Shown: positions 54,828 through 64,000 of the stretch, in pieces
How positions within the stretch are numbered: the stretch's first letter is position 1
How the letters are laid out: the number at the start of each line of letters is the position of its first letter
NCBI RefSeq assembly: GCF_006345805.1
Contig: NC_043006.1
Span: 85,002,001 to 85,066,000, forward strand
DNA from: Octopus sinensis
Taxonomy: Eukaryota
Reading direction: 5' to 3'
Length of the DNA: 64,000 bases
Notes under the pieces: model-generated
Database searches by the model: none
What the model was told of the DNA's origin: nothing
Seen by the model: only the letters and a program-made list of their open reading frames with translations
Program-made: the position numbers and the translations under genes

Positions 54828-54995
54828 AGGACATGCGGCAAGCTGGCAGAATTGTTAGTGCACTGGACGAAATGCTTAGCTGTATTTCGCCCGTTGGTAT
54901 GTTGTGAGTTCAAATTCCACCGGAGTCGACTTGCATTTCATCCTTTCGGGTGCAATGAAATAAGTACCAGTTACGTACTGGAGTCGATGTAGAAA
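54828..54995 (+). mobile_element. SINE family M with 14-bp TSD inside a purine-rich repeat also present at about 63190-63400
   Basis: TSD gtattatataaagg at 54814-54827 and 54996-55009; host segment ggtttgttggtgtagaa.agatata..gctacct recurs near 63210. Confidence 0.8.
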
Positions 54996-55689
54996 GTATT
55001 ATATAAAGGTGGATGAGAGTAACTGAGGTGGAGCTGGAGAGGGAGAGAGATAAAAAAGATAGTGATGATGTGTTTGAGTGTACCCTTGAAGTACAAGACA
55101 GTGAATAGAAGAGGGTAGAGGGAGAGAGAATTGGTTAGAGATAGGGGTAGAGGTGAATATTGTGAATAGTGAACAAAGTTGAAGGGGTGGTTGATGGTAA
55201 ATACGAGTCGGGGAGATAGAAAGGTGATAAGAATGAGGGATGGATGTCAAATTGAAGTGGTTCGGGGTGGAGTGGAGGTGATGACTGGCAGGAGAGAAAA
55301 GGGTGAAAATATTTTAAATACATTTGGTATGTTCACATCAGCTTAATACCATAACTCCTTTTGGTTCATATAGCAATGATGGAGGGGTTAATCCTTTTTG
55401 TTACTATATTTCTGTTAAAATACACTAATGTGTGTGTGTGTTGCAAGCATTGCCTTGCAAATGCTCCAGCTGGGCATTAACCGCATCACTTTAGTCATTC
55501 AAAGGGATTTGTTTTATGCTAATTACACTCATCTCATGAGACGGGTGTGATAGTAAAGAAACAATTAGTTGCTTGCCATTCCAAAAGTCCGTTGATCAAA
55601 GTTTGGAGACGGCAGATGTAAAAAGTCTAAATTTACCAGGATTTCCTACTCTGACCATTTCAACTTTTTAAAAATTAAATTTTTTTTTT

Positions 55690-55889
55690 GGCGATCTTTC
55701 GGTACAAGTACCATAACTGCCACGTGTGTTTGTTTACATTTGAAGAAGATCGTCACTCTCCGTAAAGTTTTTTTTTTATATATGTGAGGATAGGGGTGGG
55801 GGGAAGGCTTTCTTTTTTCTTCAGAAATGTAAATAAAACCCACGTGAGTTTATATTTGGCAGTTATGGTACTTGTGCCGAAAGATCGCC
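55690..55889. mobile_element. 200-bp MITE with 33-bp TIRs, related to the 52421 element
   Basis: ggcgatctttcggtacaagtaccataactgcca / tggcagttatggtacttgtgccgaaagatcgcc; shares internal gtttatttacattt.tgaagaaaaaa with 52670-52700. Confidence 0.88.
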
Positions 55890-56495
55890 AAATTAGGTTT
55901 ATCTAAGATATTCTTTTTTTTTTTTTTTGTAAAAAAATTGAAATGTAGTATGTGATTTTGTGAGTGATCTGGCTGCTGTTTTCAGCAGGCTGAGCGACCA
56001 CCACATTGTAGTTTTACCTTACCTACCTTTGTTGATTAAATTGTTCATGAAAGGAGAAGGAAAAATGAAGAGTGTGAGGGGAGAAGGGAGATAAACTTGC
56101 CATGAACCATTGGTAATCTGTAAAACAAAAGAATATATATATCTGCTACATGCACTTCTCTTTGTGCCATTTGACACCTTGATAGATAGGATATCAAAAG
56201 ACCTGTTTACTGTTGCAATCATTAATCTATTCCATTGAACCCAACCAGGCAACATATTGAATTGTTTTTCTTCCCCACCTCTTTCTCCCCTATTAAAGTT
56301 TCTTTTGCACCAGTCAAGCATCAGATTTCTGCTTGAGTTCTTCAATTTATTTTGCTGAACAAGAATAATTTTTTTTTTTTCTCTTGGACTGAAAAAATCT
56401 GATTCCTTGCTGCTTTTATTTATCGATTTATTTATTTATTTGTGTATTAGTTTTTGGTTTTAGGCAACAAATACTGCCTAAAAGCAACCATTTTT

Positions 56496-56530
<35 letters not shown>

Positions 56531-57000
56531 GTATTTGAAATTTATTTTTGGCTGTTGCATTCAATGTATTTATTCTTTGTTATATACTAACACTCAATTT
56601 ACTAATTCTACAATGTCTCGTCAGTAAATAGTTACTCTCGGATTGCAAAAGAAAGAAGAGAGGGCAGGAGAGAGAGAGAGAAATGGTATGGGTGGAGGAG
56701 GAGAAAACAAGAAATAAGTAAATAAAATAGATCTATTTTTAATTAACTTTGTTAATTTTCGTTTTTAGTTTCTTTGTTTTTTGTCTTTTAATTCTTTGTC
56801 TTAGCTTGTCTAATCTTATACTACTGTTATTAAGTAATTTCGAACGAAGCTTTGTGTGTCTGTCCACATGCACTTTGTGTGTGCGTCTTCACTGTTCTTT
56901 TGCATGCATAATACCACCACGTTCAACAACACAACTACCAACATCACTATCAATAGCAACAGTACTATCACCACCACTGCCACCACCATCAATAATAACA

Positions 57001-57320
57001 GTACTTACTTGTACTTGTGACGACATTCACCCTGGGCGGGTTGAGTCAGCTTCTTCTTATGGAAGAAGTTTCATGGGAATATGTGGATTTCACAGGCGGT
57101 CCCCATCAATCCCGCATGTAGAGACATCCTGTTTGCGCAGATTGTCCGCAGACGCAGGGACAGAATGACCGAGGAGCCGCCAGTTGCCGAAACAGACACT
57201 CTACCGGGTTGTGACCCTAATACCACTTGGTGTCAGACCAATCCGCCTTGGGTGGCCCTACCAGGAACCAAAGTTCCCGACGGCATAGCTCTGACACTAC
57301 CCGTTGCTAGCGTACCCACC
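57001..57320 (-). mobile_element. Short non-autonomous RTE-derived element (RTE 5'-UTR motif plus (CAAGTA)n-like tail)
   Basis: Minus strand gagctatgccgtcgggaac...cctggtagggccacccaaggcgga resembles RTE/Bov-B/Expander 5'-UTR motifs as I recall them; ends cacaagtacaagtaagtac. Confidence 0.6.
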
Positions 57321-58036
57321 ACCAACAACATCACTACCACCACCATTATCAATAACAACAGTACCATCATCATCATCACCACCATTATCAATATCAACAG
57401 TACCACCACCACCATTACTACTTCACTACTTCAAATGCATGCATCCCATTACTATGTCAATAATTGTCTCTGAAGTCAAGGTGAAATTTTACCTAAAAAT
57501 AATCAATTTCTGTCAATCCAGTCTTGAAATGTTCTGCTAATCTTTATGGAAATGTAAAGCTGGAGTTACTTTATTTATTAAGGCAGGAGCGGAGAGTTTT
57601 ATTTATCATATTTTTTTCTTTTATCTTTTACTTGTTTCAGTCATTAAGCTGGGGCACTGCCTTGAAGAACTTTAGTGGAACGAATTGAGCCAGTTCTTCT
57701 TTTGTTAAGCCTGGTACTCACTCTGTTGGTCTCTTTTGCCAAACTGCTAAGTTACAAGGATGTAAACACACCAACATTGGTTGTCAAGCAATTGTAGGAG
57801 ACAAACACAAAAACACACACACACATCTATATTTTTATTCTCTTAGTCATTTTGACTGCAGCCATGCTGGAGCATCACCTTTAGTCGAACAAATTGACCA
57901 CAGGACTTATTCTTTGTAAGCCTAGTACTTGTTCTATTGATTTCTTTTGTCGAACTGCTAAGTTACAGGGACATAAACTCACCAACATCGGTTGTCAAGC
58001 GATGGTGGAGAGACAAACACATGCATACATACATTA

Positions 58037-58390
58037 CGGAGATGTACTTGCATAGCAAGTGACCTGATCTGAGATCAAATACTGGAACGAAAATAATTGC
58101 AGCGTGGAAGGTGTTTATAAGCTATTTAAGAAACACAAAAACCGTTAGATTCACTTCAACATTTAAATTTAATTTGCCAAAATATTTTCATCGCTTTGAG
58201 ACTGCGACCTGTTAACTGACAAAATTCCGTGCTGCTTCAAGGGATGCAGCAGGAAATTTTCTTAGTGAACAGGTTGCGGTCTCAAAGCGATGAAGATATT
58301 TTGGCAAATTAAATTTAAATGTTGAAGTGAATCTAACGGTTTTTGTGTGTTTCTCAAATGGCTTATAAACACCTTCCACGCTGCAATTAT
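58037..58390. mobile_element. Penelope-like inverted-repeat insertion (family H3) with a hammerhead-like motif in each arm
   Basis: ~145-bp arms at 58093-58237 and 58243-58390 plus an unpaired left extension; inserted in the microsatellite of a family C SINE (57835-58573, minus). Confidence 0.75.
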
Positions 58391-58644
58391 ATACATATAC
58401 ACACACGCACACGACAAGCTTCTTTCAGTTTCTGTCTGCTAAATCCATTCACAAGCCTTTGATCGGTCTGAGGCTATAGTAGAAGACACTTGCCCAAGGT
58501 GCCACGCAGTGGGATTGAACCCAGAACCATGTGGTTGGTAAGCAAGCTACTTACCACACAGTCACTCCTGTGCCTGTATATCAATATCATCATATGTCCA
58601 TTGTCCATGCTGACATCGATCGGACGGTTTGACCAGAGCTGGCA

Positions 58645-58700
<56 letters not shown>

Positions 58701-59040
58701 ATACACACACACAATGGGCTTCTTCCAATTTCCATTTACCAGATTCACTCAAAGCATTGGTTAGCTGGGAGCTATTAGTAGAAGACACTTGCCCAAAGTG
58801 CCTCATAGTGGGACTGAACCTGGAACCATATGGTTGGGAAGTAAGCTTCTTACCACACAGCCACACTTGTCAACATTTTTGTTGCACAGTGGCCCAGTCA
58901 CTGCAAATGGAATGAGATATATATTCTCATTTATATAGGTCAGTCCTGTATAGACCTACTTTAAGCACCGGGTGACCTGATTAATTGATGAGAATAAAAA
59001 TATTTAAAATTTTGCATTTTGCCTAGATTATCACTTTGTG

Positions 59041-59370
59041 GTTGTTGTTGTTGTTAAGCAACAAGACGGGTAAGGGTGATTAGGTGATGGTCTAGAGCTT
59101 AGGGGTGAGAGACCCCAGACCTTGGAAAAAGAAAAACTTCGGTCGTCTTGTTGTAATCGAGGGCTCTTCGTTGACACCCGACACCACTGGGAGGTGGCCC
59201 TCGAAGTCGCTGGAAATGGAGATCTCCAGGTCCAAATTCTTGAACGGCACTTGGTGGTTTGCAAGGTGAAGGCCCTACAGCTGCCCCTAGTTACACTAAG
59301 GGAGAATAGGAGAGTGGACAATGATTCTAGATCGATGGATGAGGGGAAGCAGGGAGAAGGAAGTGATTAG
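59041..59370 (-). other. GC-rich structured segment ending in (AAC)n on the minus strand; probable retroposed 3' end of unknown family
   Basis: Several inverted-repeat stems, an (AAC)n tail, and GC content well above the flanks. Confidence 0.4.
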
Positions 59371-60001
59371 TAATAGGGGTTATTAAAGAGTTGGACAGAT
59401 GATGGTTGTTTGTAATAGAAACTATTATACAACTATGCCTTTAACAAAATATAAACAAAACTAAATGATTAAAGTTTGAATATCTTTGATCACGATTAGG
59501 TTTGCGTAGTCAGTGCTGGCCTAGGGCTAAATAACTACTTACCTGGAGAATATGATATAATGCTTAACTACATAGCTGACATTTTGTATGAGCTACTCCT
59601 CTCGCGCTCTAACCTTCTTATGTTTCTGTAATGGAATCTGCACCAAATTCTCTGTGGAGATGTGATGCAAGTAGAAGCAGCAAGTTAAGTTTGAAAACAA
59701 AAGTTAGATCTTTATATGTGCAATGTTTAGGAAGAAGTGATGTGTTTACTAACTTACAGAAGAATCATCTTGTCAGAGATACAAAAAGGCTGTCAAGTTA
59801 ATAATATAACACAGGTATAAAAAAAAAAAAAAAGGGAAAAACAATTCAGCTAGAATTCTGAAGAAACTAGTGATAACATACATCTCTACGTAGGCAAAAT
59901 AACAATTATAATGATGTTCAAAGAAAGGCCCCACCTAAAACGTCAGAGATCACCTCTCTTATGACATAAGAACTTATTTAATTATATAGAGTTAGAAGCA
60001 T

Positions 60002-60236
60002 CAGGGCGGCGAGCTGGCAGAAACGTTAGCACGGCGGGCGAAATGCGTAGCCGTAATTCGTCTGTCGTTACGTTCTGAGTTCAAATTCCTCCGAGGTTGA
60101 CTTTGCCTTTCATCCTTTCGGGGTCGATAAATAAAGTACCAGTTTCGCCCTGGGGTCGATGTAATCGACTTAAATCCCTTTGTCTGCCCTTGTTTGTCTC
60201 CTCTATGTTTAGCCCCTAGTGTGTAGTAAAGAAATA
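60002..60236 (+). mobile_element. SINE family M with TSD
   Basis: TSD tatataga(g/t)ttagaagcat on both sides. Confidence 0.9.
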
Positions 60237-60522
60237 TATATATAGATTTAGAAGCATGTATATGTTTGCTTCTGGATCAATTAGATTGAGGTTCAGTCCC
60301 ATTGCGTGGTACCTTGGGCATTTGTCTTCTATAACTCTTGTGGGATTGTTGTTTTTTTTTGTTTTTTTTTTTGCTTCGTAGACAGAAAATGAATGAAGCT
60401 TGCCGTATATGCTTGTGTATGCGTGTTTGCAACTTCTCCCCATTGGCGTTGCTCACTTGTGCAGTTATGAGCAAACCTGGCCCCCCCCCACCAACCAATC
60501 TTTCCAGTTTTTTTGTTTTCAC

Positions 60523-60910
60523 CAGGAGTGGCTGTGTGGTAATTAGCTTGCTTACCAACCACATGGTTCTGGGTTCAGTACCACTGCGTGGCACTTTGGC
60601 CAAGTGTCTTCTACAGCCTCGGGCCAACCAAAGCTTTGTGAGTGGATTTGGTAGACGGAAACTGAAAGAAGCCCGTCGTATATATGTATGTGTGTGTGTG
60701 TTTGTATGTCTGTGTATGTCCCCCCTAACATCGCTTGACAACTGATGCTGGTGTATTTACGTGCCCGTAACTTAGCGGTTCGTGAAAAGAGACTGATAGA
60801 ATAAGTACTAGGCTTACAAAGAATAAATCCTGGGGTCGATTTGCTTGACTAAAGGCGGTGCTCCAGCATGGCCGCAGTCAAAAGACTGAAACAATAAAAG
60901 AGTAAAAGAG
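60523..60910 (+). mobile_element. SINE family C, well-preserved full-length copy
   Basis: Colinear with 41456-41847. Confidence 0.92.
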
Positions 60911-61513
60911 ATTCCTATGGTTTTGATGACGGAGATTCCGAATGCAAAAACAAAATTAATTCTTAACCCCTCACCCACATTTTTTAATTTTTAACCTTTT
61001 TTCGAAAATTTTTTTTCAATCAATGTGGAAAATACGGAGATTAAGAATAAGGAAAAAAATTTTTTTAATTTGTAATTTTCTATGAAACACTCCAAACTTG
61101 ATCCACCCCCGCACCCTCGCAACCCCCATCCCTCTGTCTAAAAGTGAAAATGAACGGCTGTTTTGTCTGTTTGTGCATGCGTAGATTTATAGGGAAACAG
61201 CAAAAGGTGAATGTGCGCCAGGTCCACCTGGTTGTTTCCAACTTTCCATGAAAACATGTCTGCCATGGAGGAGGAAATATTACCTTTCTCGGAAACAGGT
61301 GAGGGTTGACGACAGGAAGGGCATCCCGTCGTGCATCAAGCAAATTCTATTCTGACCCATGTACACTTGGAAAAGCGGGCCTTAAAATGGTGTATGTGTG
61401 TGAGTTAACATTTGCTCTTTACGGAAATCCTAAGCTACGAACTACGTTGTTACCTCTGTTAACAAATCATTTACTTGTCTTTGTGCTTTCAAAGACATGA
61501 TATAAGAGATTCA

Positions 61514-61788
61514 GCATTCTTTCAATATAACTCGACAAAATCAAAACACTTCACTTCGGGTATTTCCGTGGAAGCAAATGATAGTTCGATTCTGTTTTCT
61601 GCTTGGAAATTTACGGATTTTACATACACACATGAAACAGGTAAGAACAAATATGCAAGGCTTTTTTTTTTGCTTCAAGTTTAAAATGCGACATTGCTGG
61701 CATAATTTCGTTATGTCTATATTCCACAACCCAAGGAAATATCCGAAGTGAAATGTTTTAATTTTGTCGAGTTATATCGAAGGAATGC
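61514..61788. mobile_element. MITE-like element with ~54-bp imperfect TIRs
   Basis: gcattctttcaatataactcgacaaaatcaaaacacttcacttcgggtatttcc / ggaaatatccgaagtgaaatgttttaattttgtcgagttatatcgaaggaatgc. Confidence 0.8.
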
Positions 61789-63441
61789 CAGAGATCCCTT
61801 CCTCGAAAGCCCGGTAAAAGTTAGCCCCATGAACGGTTTCTTGCAGGAAAACAATGCCTCGATCATATATATATATAATATTTTGTCTAACACATGCTAG
61901 TTTGCGAGGGGAAAGGGTGAAAAAATGGTCATAAAACGATGAGTTGAATTGTTGCTGTTCATTGTCTTGATGTAAAAATAGCTTCCTTTTATTCATTTCT
62001 TTCTTCTTTGCTGTTTTTTTATGAATTGCTTTTGTGAAATACTGAAAATATGATGTCTTAGAGATGTTATGGCAAATATGTGTGCCATGCTTCAATTCTA
62101 CTGATAGAGAGCTGGGCTAGCTGCTAAGCGTGTTACATTGTAATATTACCAGATGCATCGCAACAACAGTCAGTTTGTTGTTGCTAATTATTGTTATCTT
62201 TCGCCTTAACGATTTCTTTCATTGTCTTTTCACCACTTTGACCGGTGGAGGTGTGTGTGGGGGGGTGACACATAGAAGTCTTATTAATGTCGATATTCAG
62301 GCTCCGTCTTCTATTCTAATCTCTCTCTGCAGTAAGAACCTGTCAGAACCACGTCTATAATTAGCCAGAACTGTTTCAGTTTCTCTCTTTTGCTGTTGTT
62401 GTTGTTGTTAATCTAGATTTCTCAATCTAAAGTATTGACTGCTTCAGTTAAAATGATTAATCAAGATGGCTTGTAAAACAAACATAAAAAAAACACTTTG
62501 TAAACTAATTCGAAAGTAAATCTTTTTTTTTTCATTACTGGTTTCAGCTATTGCATTCCGGCCATGCCGGAGCACTACCTTCAGTGTACTTATTTTATCG
62601 ATCTGTAATCTCGAATGGTCAAATTTTTCCAGTTATGTCCCTTCTTTGAATGGTTGAATTTAATCGGAGTTATGTCCCTTTTTTGTAGCCTTAACCCTTT
62701 TGATATCAATTCACCTGAGACCTCCTCTAGTTCTATGATACTAAATTCCTGTTTTAAATTGATCTTGATTCAAAACCCTTCCATTAAAATTTCATGTTAA
62801 ATTATGTCCCAAATACCGTCTTAATATGCAGCTATTTTACTAAATATTTCGTTATTTTCTAAATTAAAACAAGGATGGTGTGTTACAACTGAAATATGGG
62901 TTAAATACAACAAAGTATTTACAGTAAACTCTTCTTTCAGTTGTCCAGAGAAATCCATTGATGGCACTCACTCCCTAAAGAGTGAGGCCTTTGATCCTGG
63001 ACAGACGTTACTCTGGCCCTTTGAGCTCTATTACATGTGTAACATGTGTGTGTAGTCTTGGTGGTGGTGGGCAGCATAGTAATGCTGATAGCAATAGATG
63101 CATCTCTCCTGCCACTCTTGGATGACAGCCCCCTCGATTGAGTGTGAGTAGAAGGACATGGTTTAGTGCTAGGTCAAGAGGTTAAACCATGGTAGAAGGA
63201 AGTGGAAAAGGTTTGTTGGTGTAGAAAAGATATACGGCTACCTTGCATGATATAAGAATTGGTGAGAGTAGTTGAGATGGAGCTGGAGAAGGATAAAAAT
63301 GGAGGTGAAGAGGCATCAGATCCTAACCTTAAGGTACAAGAAAATAAATAGAAGAGAGTGCAGAGATGGAAGATCATGAAGATTGAGAGGGTAAAGTTTG
63401 CAAGAGTGTGGAAGGAGTGTGAGAGTTGCTCTTGCAATTCC

Positions 63442-63615
63442 TCAACTCTTTCGGGGGGGGGGGATACGGCAAGGAGCTGAATCCTTCTGCCACACATCTA
63501 GCCTCCCACTGGCAACCCTCTCCAGCCAGGATTCGATTATAGTCTCCAGCAGCTTCACATATCTGTCTGAATTGAGCCTAAGACCTTGGTTCAACAATGT
63601 GGGGATAAATTCCCA
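63442..63615 (-). pseudogene. IS630-Tc1-mariner transposase fragment (maT/DD37D-like, region of the second catalytic Asp)
   Basis: GLRLNSDRYVKLLETIIESWLERVASGRLDVWQKDSAPC matches the 'lrlNs..Y...L...v.pW.......yvwQqDsAPcH' block; truncated and disrupted. Confidence 0.8.
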
Positions 63616-64000
63616 TGTGCTGATGCAGTCAGAACACCATTTGGTTGGGCCATATTGCACTTCTTTCACTTCTTTCACTGTTGAGTATCAACAAATATGT
63701 ATCTGGCTCCTTTTTACCACTCTGCAGATTTCCAGCTGTGGAATTTGCCTCACAAGACATTTTGGTCAACATGAAGAAAAAGTGAAAAACACTTGCCCTT
63801 GGTTCTGTGCAGCAGCACCAAATCTGAAGCCGTATGGTTGTGAGAAACTTGCTTCTTTCATCACGTTTCCTGCAACAGGAATTTGGGTGGGATGGGAATG
63901 AAGGTATAGTAATGCACAAGAGCACAGGTGGTTGATTTGGTAGGGTGTTGCTGAGTGGGTAACAGTTATCTTATCTCTGGCGCTACACTTGCTGTTCAAG

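Noticed and set aside
57081-57473. 130-aa ORF in a GC-rich patch
   Set aside because: Antisense to an RTE-derived element and ends in (ACC/ATC)n low complexity.
60911-61192. Possible Helitron-like fragment after the SINE
   Set aside because: No TC start, terminal hairpin or CTAG end identifiable.

Overview
AT-rich, microsatellite- and transposon-dense eukaryotic DNA. The SINE repertoire points to an octopus (coleoid cephalopod); this is an inference. I can support only one host coding exon: a 62-nt exon at 45153-45214 (+) encoding RSSPIWEDFTNKATKLNSSL, equivalent to exon 2 of MTSS1/MIM (I-BAR/IMD domain). The rest of the window is therefore probably two very large introns of that gene. They contain four SINE-like families, RTE LINE 3' fragments, a non-autonomous Helitron, hAT-, mariner- and piggyBac-like MITEs and a Tc1/mariner transposase relic. 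The most striking signal is a set of minimal type I hammerhead-ribozyme-like motifs in three unrelated short repeat families, two of which occur as large inverted repeats (Penelope-like). Their cores differ from the canonical CUGANGA. Two show compensatory changes at the tertiary 3-8 pair (U3-A8, G3-C8) and one keeps C3-G8 with A6U. All have an extra nucleotide after A9 and, where intact, a palindromic helix III. Nearly all listed ORFs are repeat or microsatellite artefacts. Repeat boundaries were read by eye and are approximate unless a TSD or TIR is quoted.
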